Counted from the first letter of the stretch, positions 36,527 to 51,124 are shown. The stretch is DNA of 64,000 nt from Gekko japonicus (GCF_001447785.1 NW_015166418.1:3194725-3258724); one strand, 5' to 3'. The notes: generated by a model not told the origin, from the letters alone. A program made the numbers and translations.

Positions 36527-39500
36527 ACCCCTTTTGGACTCAATTGTTCCAGACCTAGACCATTCTTGTAACCTGACCGTCAATGTCATCTCACTAATAA
36601 GTATCAAGCAATATGCCCACTCCTTTCTGCCTCAAAACTTCTATCTTCCTTTCCCATACTGGAACAAATCATTCAAATTTGGATGACAAACTCTTACTGA
36701 ACTTCTTGAACATCTGCTTGTACCTTTCTGTGGAGCAAAACCACTGTAATTCTTACCACCTTAATTGTTAAGGAGAATAATGAAATCTCAGATTCACCAA
36801 TATGCACATTTCCCCAAGAATAACTATTAAAACAGTCTTGAATCCTATCTTACTAATGAAGCAAAGTAAGGAGGAGGACAGAGTATCTTGGTTCACACAG
36901 TGACCTGTAATGGTATCCATATGCTGAATCTCCAGTGCTTCACCAACCTTCACTCCAAATGTTAAAATAGGTTTGTTTAAAAACAAAAAAACAAATGTAG
37001 ACTTCTGCAAAATTGGCCAGTCCCTCAAACAAACCATAAAAATTCTTCTCCTGCCTACTCAGATTTACTTAAATACTGCAAATGACAGCAAAATCTAAGT
37101 TCATCTATTTTAGAATAATGGAAAGAAGAAAATGTTTGACATGTAGACTGAGTATGACATGTGGAATTACACTAATGCCAATTTTTGTTTTCTCTTGGAT
37201 TAATATAGAAATGTAATAGGCAAGACGAGCCAGGGTAAATGAACAACATAAGTGGATTTAAAGCCATTTTATTACAGTTTGGGATAAGTTTCATTAAGAC
37301 TATCCAGATATGTGGATGTGGAATGATCTGTCAGATCTCGGAAGCGAAGCAGGGTCGGTACTTGGATGAGAGAGGAAGGCAAGGCAAACCACCTCTGCCT
37401 AATAACTTCCCTTGAAAACCCTATCGGATTGCCATAAATCAGTTGCTACTTGATGGCATTTTACACACATCTAGCACTGTATTTTTTTTATCCTGCCCTT
37501 CAAGAAGCTCCGGGGGGTGTGTGTGTGTACTTTTTTCTGCACTCCCCTATTTTATTCCCACAACAACCTCTCACGCAAACCAGGCTGAGAGACCGTAACA
37601 AGCTCAGAATCGCCCAAGTCATCTTCAGCCTTGCTTTGGATGCCCCCGACATCTGAGGCTAAGTGGGTGGGCAAGCCAAGGAAGGGGCCTTCTTGGTTGT
37701 GGCCCTGAAACTTTGGAACTCCCTCCACAGAGACATCCATCTGTCTCCCTTGGCCACTGTCTTCCAGTAAAAGTTGGAGACTTTTTTTTCGTTTGGCGTA
37801 CCGCCAGTAAACCCTTATTGGCCGTCCTCCCTAATTGTGTTTGTACGTCTATATTTTTAATGGCATTGATAAATACTTTACATATACATTTTAAATGCTG
37901 TTTTAAAGCTGTGATGTTCGCAAGCTTGGAGACCCTATCTGGTGGAAAGGCAGCACTATAAATGTTTTAAATAAACAAATAATTTCATGGCACCGTGGTG
38001 ATCTGAATCAGGATCTCATGTAACATAACCATTATATCATACTGATGGTAGAAGCTGCAGGACTCCTTCCTATAGCAATGTGCTGAACGAGTGTTATTTC
38101 ACTACTACAAATTATAGATATGCTACACTTCACCTCTGCTCCAACCATGCACTGAAGCATTGTGCCAATTATGTGCAGTCTTCTTAGATCGCACAGTCCT
38201 ACCTCTTTAATATGTAGAAGCACCAATTATAGCCTTATGTGATCAAATGGAAATAAAGAGATAGGAAGTATGTGAATGCCCTCCGTTCTTTTTATATTAC
38301 AATATTTCTCCTAAAGGAAAAGAGCACCACATCATTACTGTATTGTCCCTTATGAGTTCACGTTAAGAAATTTCAGGAAGACACAGCCCTGAAATGCAGA
38401 TATTTTTTTTAGTCATCAGCACTAAGGACCAATTTTTATGTGAATAATTTTGTGTTGAATATGGAAGAATATGTGCAAATGTATGTAAACACATACACTC
38501 TGATCTAAAATGTAACTACTTAGAAATGTGCCATTCACTGTAATGGAACTTCCTTTCCAGAATACATAAAGGATCAAAATCAATGATTGGTTAAAAGCAA
38601 TAGATCCGGGGTACAGAACGGCCATATTCAAAACTTGCAGAACTTTACTGAGTGTTTTTCTTCACAGAAAATACCACATTTCTTCCAAAGTGTTTTTGAA
38701 AGAATAAGTATGTGGCTCGGAAAAACTTTCACAGCTGCTAAAAGAAACAAGGTAGAAAAAAGACCAGTGTCACACAAAACCTGAACTTCTGGTATTGAAA
38801 TAGTCATATGATGAAGAGTGGTGTCTCTGTATGATAAAATCCTCTACAATCGAAAACAGAGTTCCAGTTCTATGATGACTGCATTAGGACTATACCACCT
38901 TGGTGCCACTCAGCCAATAAGAGTTCCAAAGAATAAACTACTGGATCAGTATGTTTCCTGACTGGCTGTTCTTCTGAGGTGGCTTGGAAGCTATGTGACT
39001 GGACGTAGCAGCAGCTCGACTAGCTCCCACTCTTTAAAAGAGCTGGAAGCCAATTCCGTCCCTTTCCACAGAAGCAGAGGATCCCTGCCCCTAAATTTCT
39101 GGGAAACTGAGAGGGTTTCATCTTTGCATTAGTCAGATAAGCAGGACTCACTCTCTATCCTCTTACTCTTCTATCCTTACAAAAGTAGACCCTTTGGAAA
39201 ATGGTTGTTGACTCCACCCACCAGGATCCCCAGGCCCCAGTTTGAGAAAAACTGCTACAGAGGATTTATCAAAATGTGCAAACTTGTATTGCAGATTTTT
39301 GAAAACAGGTGTTTCAAAAGCACAGCGTCGCTGGCAAGCCAAGGAATGTACCTCTCATTAATTGGAATCTGAGATGCAGTCATGCACCTCTCTACAATGC
39401 TGCCTATAAGAGAGCTTCTAATAGTATACATTATTCTAGAATAGTTTAAGTAGCTACTTCGGTACTCTGGCAAGATTCTAAGGTTGCTGTATCATTTTAG

Positions 39501-39676
39501 AATTAAAAACAAGGGCATCCTTTGTGGGGGATCAGTTTTCCCGGTGTATGCAGCAGGATCATATTTTGATAGACCATAAAACATAATACACACAAGGAGA
39601 AGAACTGCGTGCCGATTTCTTGCAACAGTTCACAGTGAAATGGATACACGCACACACAAAATCCAAGCAAGCTCAC

Positions 39677-39775
39677 CTGAGTAGCTGCAGACTGACAGGG
39701 GAACGAAGAGGACGATGAGACAACAGGGATGTCAGACTGGACAGCCGCCACAGTGGTAGCAGGTGTAAAAATCAG
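39677..39775 (-). CDS. PHC3: PHC3 coding exon 6 (LIFTPATTVAAVQSDIPVVSSSSSFPCQSAATQ)
   Basis: cag|CTG...CAG|gtgag, 99 nt; matches PHC3. Confidence 0.95.
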
Positions 39776-40971
39776 CTGTGAAGGCAGTAGAAAGAAAATT
39801 AAAGAAGCTACTTTGGACAATGAATGCACATATACCAATGGACAAATGGACAGGTTTCAAATTATACAAGCAATTTTCCTGTTACAACGAACCAAGCTTA
39901 AGACAAAAGTTTTCCATTTAGACGTACAACAATGCCATTTATCTCTTCAACTCCTTTTTTTAAAGTTGCAAGCCTTTGCTGTAATGCCTCAGAACAAGCA
40001 ATGCAACTTCTGAGTGGCTCAACAATGTAATTTTTTGCAAACAACCTCTTCCATTGTATTCTTCCATATAACAACTTAAGAGTGCTCTGCTCTATTTGTA
40101 TTTGAAAGTAAAGGTCAAGTATGAGATTAGGCAGTCCTTCAGGCATGCTGGTCCCACGCCACACAGGGCTTTAAAGGTCAATGCCAGCACCTTGAATTGG
40201 GCCTGGGAACAAATTGGGAGCCAGGGTAGCCAGGCCAAGATTGGAAGGACTGGCAGCAGCATTCTGGACCAAATTAGGTTTCTGAGCACTTTTCAAGGGT
40301 AGCCCCACCTAAAGCATGCACCATAATTGCCAGATACTTTCTGCCCGGCAAAGGCTACAACTGGCTAGTGAAAGCTGATAAAGGCACTCCTAGCTGTAGC
40401 TAGGAATGAGCATTCCACTTAGAAGCCAATTTTGCTCAGGCCACTATCTTAAATATACATTCCATATATTCCAGGAACCTGTTTGCACAACGACCGACTC
40501 TTGACTCAGTTTTATCTGGAGAGGGAAAAATATCAGACCTGGGTTGTCCAACTCAGCACTGCAGTGATCACAGAAGTTCTACGCTTCTCCCTGCTGTGCA
40601 GGTGCAGCAGAATTATTCAAGGCTAGGAATTGGTCATCTGCATCAGAGTGATTCCTGACACTCACTGACTGGTAGAACCTGAACCAGCAGCCAAGCCCTT
40701 TCCCACAAAACAAGATGCACAATTGCCACTTCAGAAATTCTGTCCTGGGCCTCTTAATCACAGCCTCAAAAGCCATTTGCAGGACTGAGGTGAGGGAACG
40801 CACAGACATCTTCCTTAGGTGCAATTTCCTTATCTGACTTAACTGCATTTAACTGGTACCAGTGTCAACATGCTTAAGGCTAACCAGGTTCCAATCCTTG
40901 TAGCCAAGAACTGAAACCAGATCTACTTCTTCAAATCCTGATCAGGGGCACCTCTGCACATGTTGAATAAC

Positions 40972-41199
40972 TAGGGTTGCCAGCTCTGGGTTGGGAAATA
41001 CCTGGAGACTTTGGGGGTAGAGCCTGGGGAGGGCAGGATCTATGGAGGGGAGGGGTATCATGCCATAGAGTTCATCCTCTGAAGCAGCCATTTTCTCCAG
41101 GGGAACAGATCTCTCCCTATCCAGGGGAACAGATCTCTCCCTATCACCTGGAGATCAGTTCTAATTCCCGGAGATCTCTACCTGGAGGCTGGCAACCCT
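40972..41199. mobile_element. MITE with TAGGGTTGCCAG / CTGGCAACCCTA termini (hAT-Tip100-like); relatives near 49217-49459, 58870-59114 and 62425-62910
   Basis: Inverted termini and a shared internal CCATTTTCTCCAGGGGAAC motif. Confidence 0.7.
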
Positions 41200-44104
41200 A
41201 TAAAATGCACTTTCAGTCCAAAGTTGATTGAAAGTGCATTATTCAGCGTTAATGAAAGTGCAAGAGATATTTTGGTTAGCCTTGATCATGGTTGTTTCCA
41301 TTCTTGGTGGGAAGCTTAACCATGGCTGAGGGGGAATTTGTGTCAAAATAAAGAGGAGGGGGAGTCTGCAGCCTGCTAAGTCATGGGTAAGAGCCGGTCT
41401 AATGTTATGTCTCCACCCGACCTTAGTAGATAAACCTGAAAAACAATCAGTGCTCCACACAAAGTGGTGATCATGAGGTAAATGATAATCCATTTCTATC
41501 TTGAACTGGACTCTTACAACACTGTAGATAGGACCACTTTAAGAGCAACAGATTCAGCCAGAAAAAAGAGTGATCAATAATATAAAACACAGAATACAGG
41601 GGAAAGGGGGAGGGCGGGGCCCTGAAAAATGGTACTGTTTAGAAAAAATAAATAAGAAAAAGTAAAGATTCAGTCAGGTGAAAAGAACTAGGGAAATAGG
41701 AAAGCAACAAATTGATCTATCCATACTCTAATGCAAGATTAAAAACAGGGCCTTTTCTTCTTTTGTGAGGCTGCAGGTATAGACCCCAGTGAGACCACAG
41801 AACTCTGCTAAGGGGTGGCACAACAGGCATGAGCAGCCTTGGCTAGGGGAGGAATATGAAGGCAGACAGCACCTGGCCCTGAGAAGAGACACATTCTGGT
41901 GGTTAGGAATGCATTCAAATAGGTCTGTGAGGCTTGGTTTGCAATACAGTGGTCCAAGGCTTAAACAGAGCCATAGGTCCTACATGATCTACTCGATTTG
42001 AGGCACAACCATAGGCAGAGAGATGCAACTAATAGCCCTATCAAGGTGTTAAGAGAAAGTAGATCCAGCTACACATACCATGTGTAAGAAACCACAAATT
42101 CAGGGATGCACTCCTCCCAAAACATTTCCTGCTATTTCTGTTGCTGTCCCTCACATTCAAATTTCACCAGTTCCCTCTCCTGCTACAGACATCAGACTCC
42201 ACCCTCATGCTGTTGCTGAGACTCCCTGAACGCCCAGGAGTACCCTGAACCAAAATGTTCAGGGGACATTTTGAGCTGCAGTGCGAGAGGAAGGCAAAAA
42301 AAAACGTGCTCCGCTGCTGGCATCAGTGGAAGTTACCAGAGGACATATGCCAGGGTTCCCCCAATCTTTTCAAGTCAGCATGTGACAGTTCTCATATCCA
42401 CAAAACAATCAGACAACCCCAACAGAACAAGCATCTTCACAATGTCATACCAATGCATTTTACACAACACCTTCAAAGGCTTCCATCGGGTGATATGTGC
42501 TTTCCAGAAAATATGTAAAAAGCCCAGTAGCACCTTTAAGACTAACAAACTTTATTGTAGCATAAGCTTTCGAGAAACACAGTTCTCTTCGTGAGAATTG
42601 GGAAATTTTCTGATGCTCCAAATAGAGCACAGTCTGATGTAGCATGTTTATTTTGACTTATATTTAGTAAACAATTTTTAAATTATCTTGTGTTAATTTT
42701 ATATCTTTATAGTAACAAATACTGGAAGCAAAATACTTGATTACAGAAAAGCCAAATAAAATGTGGCTAAACATTATATGCAAACAAATTCAATACTGTA
42801 TAAGGAAATTATGTTTATTGGGACAATTCTTATAACATTTAAATGTGATATATATATACACATACACACACACGCTTGTCTTACATTGTTTAAATTTAAG
42901 AAAGAAAGGCAGTGGTGACTGTTTAGACATTACTTTTAGTACAACCAGAGTTGTACAGAGTTTTGGTTGTTCACTCATCTATTTCAGTGAAATTTAGTTC
43001 TCTTTTATGGAGGTCCCTGACACTTCCTGTAGCTTCACTTGCATTACCTGTTAGTTCCATATCAGACTGGTGATTACAATGTCCCTTCCAGAACACAAGC
43101 AAAGAATCAAATAAGAACTTCAGCTTTGTTTTTATTTGACCTACACAGCCAATCAAGCAAATTCACCACTTAATTTTTAAATGTGATTATATGTATTTGT
43201 GATTTTACCCTCCACCCTCACAATTTCCTAATCAATAAAACATGCATGCACTCACTCACCCAAAGCCTAGGCAGAATCTCCCGAAAACATTAATTACTCT
43301 TTGAAACTGCCCAAGCTTGCCTAATATTCTATTAGCAATGGCATCCATTCATTATTAGTTCTGCAAAACAATTACGTTTTCAGAAATGGCTATTTTTGCA
43401 TGAACAAATAAAGCACTGGAAAAAAATTCTGCTCCACATCTCTGTAGAGGTCAGTTCGAATGCCACAGCCAACTAGATTTCAAGACTGTTTACAGAGATG
43501 AAACTGGTTCTTTAATATGCTTCTTGAGACACAAAACAATAGCATATATCTGTGGTTATGCATTCAGATATTGTAGCTAACTAAGTTTGATTTCAAGCCT
43601 TCACAAACCAGGAAGCTTGCAGTCATGCTCTGCAAGCGAGGGGGAAATGCAGGGAGCAAATGAACACAGGTTCATGCCCATCATTCACAAAAGGAGGTTT
43701 ATCATGACATCTGAATTTGGCCAGTGTCTCATGCAGCTACAGTTTGCAATGGATGGATGACATAAAGGGAAACTGGAAAGAGACTGCTCATACTGAACTG
43801 TGGATTTTCAGCAAACTGCAAAAAGTTTTGGCTTGGATCTAATGGACTGTTTTCAAACAGGGAAAACTTTCCACCCATAGAACACAATTCTCTCACCCTG
43901 TGGCTACAGACCAAAATACTCCCTGAAATGCTGCTCCTTGGGAACAGGGGTCCCTCAGGAACAGCATTTCAGAGGGCGCTTGTGGGTACAATGAAAGGAA
44001 GAGGTAAGAAAACCATGTTCCATGGACAGAAATATTTCCATCTCCTGAAATGATCCACTGGATACAGGCCTTTGTCTACATTTTGTCTAAACTTTGTTAT
44101 ACTT

Positions 44105-44336
44105 CTGGAATTGGATAAACATATTAGCCACAAGCTATAGAGGGAACACTCTGTCTGGGGCAGTGGTACTCTGTATTCTTGGTGCTTAGGGGGCAACAGT
44201 GGGAGGGCTTCTGGAGTTCTGGCCCTGCTGATGGACCTCCTGATGATACCTATGTTTTGGCTACTGTGTGACACAGAGCTGGACTGGATGGGCCATTGGC
44301 CTGATCCAACATGACTTCTCTTATGTTCTTATGTTC
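44105..44336 (+). mobile_element. CR1 3' UTR fragment (another near 12380-12510)
   Basis: Homologous to 25740-25982; ends CTTATGTTCTTATGTT. Confidence 0.8.
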
Positions 44337-45107
44337 TCAATGTCAACTTCTCCCTTTCAACAGTGGGCATATATTAGAAATAACTATATCCTTGACCTAA
44401 TAGGGCTTCAGAACAGATTATAACAGTATAAAATCATACAATTTAAAATCTAAATTCAGAATATGATGCAATGTTTGCAGAAACATAAGACTGGATCCGA
44501 CCAACTTTTCAGGTGTCGAGAAAGAAAGGACCACCAACAAAGTCCATGTTGGGAATCAAGGGACCTGCGTGGACAAAACCAATGTGGGACAGGGATTGTG
44601 GCACAGTGGGGGGGGGATATCTGACTATTAAATATACAGTAAAATACATTCTGAAACACCATTTTTAAAGTAGTTTTTGAATGCATGTGCAAATTTGGCA
44701 TGAAAAAGGAAACTTCCAGTGGCCAGACAGAAAAAGTCAGTTTAATGTAGATATGAATCCTCCCCAAGCAGAATCATGGCAAAATAAAGTGACTCTGATG
44801 CTCCAGCTGCTAAAGCTTTGTATTTATTAAAGCACAAACACTAAACCAACGACATAAAATTGCTTCTGAACAGGTGTTAATTTTATGCTGTACGCAGACG
44901 CTCTGCAACAAGCTCACATTAAGAAGGAAAGCGCACAAACCCAGTTTGTTGGCAGACTCAGATATGAGCCTCATTTCTCCACTACCCTTTCTCCCACAGA
45001 AAATGCCAGTTAGAAGCAAACTCAAGGTTAGCCACCACTTCCAAATGCAGCTGCATAGGTTAGCCCCACCCCCATCTAAAGAACTCATTTGCAAGGCATA
45101 TACATTA

Positions 45108-45341
45108 CTTATTTACCTGATTTATACCTTACTATTCTCCCTAAAGGGGACCCAAAGCAGACGACATCACACACCTATCCTTTTAATCCTTTCAACAATC
45201 CTGTGATGTAGGTTAGGCTGAGAATGTGTGACTAGCTCAAGGTCGCCCAGTGAGTTTCCACGGTAGAGTGATCCTGGGTCTCCCAGATCCCGGATCTCCC
45301 AGATTCTAGTCCAGCCTTCTAACCACTACACTACACTGGCC
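45108..45341 (-). mobile_element. Squam3/CORE-like SINE
   Basis: Reverse complement of the same family (…CTAACCACTACAC…ACTGGC). Confidence 0.7.
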
Positions 45342-45628
45342 CTGAGCCAGACAACATGCATGAGCCTGGCAACGTCAGATTCATGCACACCCCAGCTTGA
45401 GGTTGGCCTACTGTGAAACTGTGAAATCTGCACAATGCCTTAGCGTTTTTAAAGCAAGCTCTTTTTTCCTCATATACTAGTCTTCTAAACTGGCTGCAGA
45501 GTTACAAAATTGAACTGCTTAGTGGAAACTTAGATGGGTAATGGAAACCTAGCCATAAGAAAGAACACAAGGAACAAATAAAACTTAGGTTAGCAAATGT
45601 TATATGAGCAAAAACATGCAAGACTCAC

Positions 45629-45787
45629 CATTTGAGCCCGTAGGTACATCTGAGCCTGGCTTGCAGTCAGAGTAGGGGAGGTGCTCCCCAGTAACATGGT
45701 CTGTTGGGTCAGACTGCTGCTGCTACTGTTCGAGGTCTGTGAACGGCTTATTAGCTGCGCAGGTGTAGGAGAAGCAGAAAGATTAAT
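45629..45787 (-). CDS. PHC3: PHC3 coding exon 5 (INLSASPTPAQLISRSQ...SQAQMYLRAQM)
   Basis: tag|ATT...ATG|gtgag, 159 nt. Translated by hand; near-identical to PHC3. Confidence 0.95.
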
Positions 45788-47283
45788 CTAGGGAAGCAAA
45801 AATATTGCTTTTATTGACCGCCTTGACCCTACGATTTCAATGGCCGTCATAGGTTGCAAACCTATGCGTACTCACTTGGGAGTTAAGTGCCACACAAAAG
45901 AGTTGGGCTCAGTTCAGAGTAAACCCACATAACTATCTTCAGCAGCTGATAGTCAATAGTCTGTTTAATATACAAACCTGAGCTTTCCTTTTTAAAAGCT
46001 ATACTTCTGGCCCATAGCTTAAACGATTACCTGCTGATCACCCAAGGACACAAGATACAGCCTTAGATTTTTTTTTAACCATCAACAACAAATAAGATAC
46101 ATTTTCAAGTTTAAACTGTCAGGTAAACAATCCTAAATTCTGCTACAACATATCTTGCATTGATCTTCTGAGATATAACCCAAAACTTTGATCATAAATT
46201 GAGATTTCATATTAATTCTAGAATTTAAATACAGAAAATGTTGTATAATCTTCCTAGTTTTCTTTTGGAATTAGGCACTTCAGCCAGCCTCTTGTTCCTG
46301 AGCATTGCCTGCCCTGCAAAAGCATTCTGTTTTAAACCACACTTTTCCCCGTGGCTCAAGGCAGCTTACAGTACCTATCTATTTAAAAACATTCAAATAG
46401 CAATAAAAGCCCAACTCACCACCAACCCAATTGGGGGGGGGGGGTCGGTGGGCTGAAGTGTAGGGATATAGATTCTTTTAGTAGAGTTCTCCAACTAGTA
46501 ATTTGAATCCAAGTATATCTTCAGAATCTAGTCTAATTTTTATATACCAATTCAGCACAATATTAACACCCAATGTTTCAGTTTGTTTTTGTATTACCAT
46601 TGTAAATGATAGATGTGGAGATTAAAAATTAAAATTGTTCTTTAAACGCCTCTAAGAAATTCCTTCCCAAGGGTTATGGCAAAATTCATGACCCAAAACT
46701 TTGCAAAAGTTCAAAGTTCATAAGACAAAGTTAAGTATGATTTGCACATAACAAACAGTAGAGTGGCATTACGAAAAACCTACTTGCAATCTTTGTGCTC
46801 ATGCACCTGGCTGCTTTCCCCTCTTCTCCACACAGTGTTCTTGGAAATTACACTTGCAGCAAGCTACAATTGGTTAACATCCAAGTCACAAACTATGATT
46901 TATTCTCTTTCCTCCAAACCAAGAGTGATTCCTGGTTTGAAAACATGAGAACAAACCATAGGTGGGGTTTTTTGGTATATACATAATAACCAACTGTGAA
47001 TTACCAAAACTCCCCCAGAAAGTATTAATTTCTTAACCATGATTGGGAGAGGGTTGTCATATTAGTTTGAGGATCTCCAAGGCCTCTCAAGGGCAAATAG
47101 TTTTACTTAAAAAAATTAATGCTCAAATTTTGAAGAAAGGCCAATCAAGTCACAAATCAAAATTTCTGCTCCACAAATGGTTTACAAACATTTACTCAGA
47201 CAACATTGTTTACTTTCAGAAACAAACATGATAACTAAAAAAAAGTCTGGCTTAAAAGAAAACAACTTGTTCAAAATACTTAC

Positions 47284-47361
47284 CGAGGTTTCTGACATGC
47301 TTGACTGCTGAGTGACACTGCCATTGGGGGATGCACACTGCCTCCCACCTGACAGGTTTGC
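47284..47361 (-). CDS. PHC3: PHC3 coding exon 4 (ANLSGGRQCASPNGSVTQQSSMSETS)
   Basis: tag|GCA...TCG|gtaag, 78 nt. Translated by hand (not in the ORF track); resembles PHC3 ASLSSGRPSTSPTGSVTQQSSMSQTS. Confidence 0.93.
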
Positions 47362-47643
47362 CTAAATAGCAAGCACATCTGTCAAATGTTTCATTTACAC
47401 TGCAACAAAAAGTGTTTAAATATTGTTGAATATGATAAATGGAACATCTAGCTCAATGGCATTCACTAGGCAGCCCAAGACCCAAAATGGCCATCACTAG
47501 ACTCTCTACCTGTGCAGTTACCCTAACTTATATCTTTTTATACAGCCAAGACTATATCACGAGTTATCCTAAGTTAACAACCCTTTGCTAAACAAGCAAT
47601 GAATTCCATGATTCTCAAACCACACACCTTTATAATCTACTGC

Positions 47644-48152
47644 GGCTGCGGTCACACGGAACATTAGCCATGCTAGAGAGACGGAAGATAGGCGGATTTT
47701 CCGGGCGCGATCTCACCACCACATCTGGGAAGCGTAGAGCTCCCGTGGCTCACCCGAGGCTTCCCGCCAAAGATGAGGGATAAAAAACTAGTACCTCCGA
47801 GGTACTAGTTTCCGGTAACTGTGGGGCAAGGGCGGGTGTCTGATCGCGTTTCCGTTGGCATCCGGCGCCCGCCCATGTCCCCTTGCAAAAAGGGTTTTTT
47901 TCCCCAAGTCTCCATGGATGCGCACAAGCACCCAATGGAGCATGCGCATACTTTGGTGTACAGAAAAAAACAAACCCGTTTGCCACACCGCACCGCTTCT
48001 TTGCCGCACCGCAGGATTGTCCTGTGATCGGCACCTCCCCCCTACCCACGGGACCTCCACGGAACGTCTGATCGCACAACCGCACGTTATTTTGCCCCGG
48101 GGCAAACAGCCACGCCTCCCCCCCGCGATATCTGGCCCGTGTGACCGAGACC
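47644..48152 (-). mobile_element. PIF/Harbinger-like MITE (about 510 bp), uninterrupted copy
   Basis: TIRs GGCTGCGGTCACACGG / CCGTGTGACCGAGACC with TGC/TGT flanks; inverted homology to 24630-26303. Confidence 0.8.
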
Positions 48153-49668
48153 TGTGTTCCACTGACAGGCAACTGGCATGAATTCCTCCCTTGACATGCA
48201 ACTTTACTATAATGAAGATAACTTAGGCCAGCCAAGAGCCACTGATGCAACTGTTAACTATTCAGTTCCAACCTCCAGCTGTCCCTTAGAATGTGTGTCA
48301 GACATCAGACACCCATTTATTTCTTAGGGTGGGGGCATTTCCCCCCAAGGGCTACAGAAGACCTGAAGTTCAAACTACTCCACTATTTAGAATTATAATA
48401 CTACTACCTACTACTCAATGTGCTACTATAAAGCTATAGCCTCAACGTTCTTAAAACAGCCACTCACTTCTACCTAGAAGTAATATGTGTGTGTTTCACG
48501 ATGGTAGTTTCAATAAATATCTAAACCAGGGTATTGTTGAAGGGTGAACATCTTTTTTCACATTTGGTCAGAATGTCTACAGCCAACATTAAAATTTAGG
48601 ACTGATGTACAAAATACTGAACTGCAATTTGCATCAGAAGACATGAGCTTCCAAAATAAGATGTGAGGATTTCCAAATCTTTAATTAATGGTAATGTTTC
48701 TTGATAATATTCCAATGAAAGTATTTTCTAGCACCCTTTTCTATTTGCAATTATATGTTTTGAACCAACTATTTGTCTCCAGAGGCTACATCAGAGTATA
48801 TTTATTTGTAACAGTATTCCTTCTGAATTTTTTGCTTTTTCTGTATCCAAAACCAACAACATTCTCATTTGAAAACTCTTATACATTATTTAGAGTTGAA
48901 AGACGAGAGAGTAAGAAACTATTAATGTAAGAGAATACCCAGAACTATAAGCACAACATGAAATTGAAACTGATTAAATAAATTATGCAACTCTGATTAA
49001 AATAATAAAACTGACTGATGTTCAATAATGATTTTGAGAGAGTAACTTTATTATATCCAGATATGGGTTGAAATGGGTTAGAATTATATTTGCTGATAGG
49101 GAATGCTGTTCCTTCTCTTTATAATCAATAAATCACAAATATCTGTGTGTTTGTTACCCCTTCTACTTAACATCAAGATAGTGGTTGGAAGCCCAGGGGT
49201 GTAATAAGTAGACAACTAGGGAGGCTGGCCTCCAGGTGGGTTTTGGGAATCCCCCGGAATTACAGCTCATCTCTAGACTACAGAGATTAGTTCTCCTGGA
49301 GAAAATGGATGCTTTGGAGTGGATTCTATTGCATTGTACCCCGCTGAGGTTCCTGTCCTCCCTAGGCTCCATTCCCAAAGTTTCAGAAGTTTCCCAACCA
49401 GGATCTGGCCACCATACTCCCCATCCCCACTGGTGGCCAGGGGGGACGTGGCAACCCTACAGAGAACACTGCTGCTCTTGAACAACTAAGCTCATCCTCA
49501 CACTACTAGGCACAAAGCTGTGCCATAACTGGTCACCAGCCCCTGGAATTAAAAAAAAAACTATAGGCAACCACTAAGTTAGGACACAAGCACATTCCTG
49601 TTCTTATGTTTGGTAGCTCTTACAGTTTAATTCCCATAGAGTTGTTTTCTAATTGATTTCCATCTCAC

Positions 49669-49809
49669 CTGTGGAACACTGGCCAGGCTCAAATGCTGCT
49701 GTTGCAAAGCTGCGGTCTGTAACATCAGGTGCTGCTGCTGAGCTGCATACATCTGCTGAAGGTATTGTGCTGCAGAGCTAGGAGGACGATGCAAGGCCTG
49801 CTGAATAAC
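49669..49809 (-). CDS. PHC3: PHC3 coding exon 3 (VIQQALHRPPSSAAQYLQQMYAAQQQHLML...)
   Basis: cag|GTT...CAG|gtgag, 141 nt. It encodes the conserved polyhomeotic N-terminal motif. Confidence 0.96.
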
Positions 49810-49819
49810 CTGTGGACAG

Positions 49820-50772
49820 CAGAGCACCAATCAGAAGGAAGAGCAAACTGACATGACATTTATTATTGTGGAATGCATTGATACAAACAATCCAACTGAT
49901 ATGACTTACAAAACATATTCAAAAACAGATAAGATGACTGAAGAACTGGATATGAGACCCCATGAAAGAATGACAAGAGATGGAACCAAGAAATGAAGTA
50001 TGTACTCAAAGAGAGAAAAAAAGAAGAATATATGGAACCTCAAACTACTTAAAAAAAATTAATTATAGCTGGCTACTACCAGAAGATACTTGTTTCATCT
50101 ACAAGGGGAAAAGGCACAAAATTAAGACTTTAAGGCTTAAGAGGAGAAATCAGAGAATGAAGAAGATAAAAACTTATGGAAAAGTTCCAAAATTTTGTGG
50201 ATAAGGGAGAATACATAATCATCGATTTTTTGATTTTTTTATAAGGGAGAAAACACAGTCCCTCAAGATTTTATAAAGGTCTGAATGGTATAAATATCAT
50301 ACAGCTGTTCAAAACTATGAGAGTTGAAACATTAGAAAATATACTAATAGAGTATAAAAATGTTATTTTTTTAAATATATATGAAAGATTATTGTAAGAA
50401 TATAAGGTGAAATTTGAAAAACAATTTTTGAGGTATTTATCTGATGAGGTAATGAAATCCCCTATTATTTAGATACCTATGTAAATGCTTGTGTATGAAA
50501 TTACATGGTTTTAGATTTTGAAATGAACTGAAGAATATAATAAAGTATACAGACATACAACCTTTCATCGATTATAAAAACTGATACTTAAAAGTATGCA
50601 AAAGAACTTTCTAAGAAAATAAGGTGGAACATGGAAAACAAATATGGTATGTTCAAGCATGTAAACTGATGATGTAACTGAACCCCCACAGTTATGTATT
50701 TGTGTTATATATTTGTCTGTTTGGTCGTTGTGATGTTTGTCTTTGTAAAAAAATAAGATCTTTTAAAAAAAT
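49820..50772 (+). mobile_element. L1-derived retro-insertion flanked by the 16-bp direct repeat AATAACCTGTGGACAG
   Basis: Exact repeats at 49804-49819 and 50773-50788; A-rich 3' end; internal peptide KKINYSWLLPEDTCFIYKGKRHKI resembles a squamate L1 ORF1 C-terminus. Confidence 0.65.
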
Positions 50773-51124
50773 AATAACCTGTGGACAGTTCAGCAACATC
50801 ATTACTATGGCAAAAAAATAGAGATTTGTACTGAAGTTGCCACCATCAGAGAACTATACCTTTTTCTAAGAACTACACCACAACCCTGGGACAATTACTA
50901 CTGGCATCCAAGTTGCTCTAGGCAAAATGCTGAACGCACTATAGAAACTACTGTCCTCCTTGCACCTCTGTGACCGAACACCAGCCTCCATATCCAAAAT
51001 CAGACTTTATTAGAGTACTGGCAGCAGAGTATTTTATAGAGGCCTGCAAGCCCTTGATGCAGAATGTAGGTTTCTGAAAATGCCACCAGAGGGTAAATTT
51101 CCCATTTTATCGGCTATCAAATAC

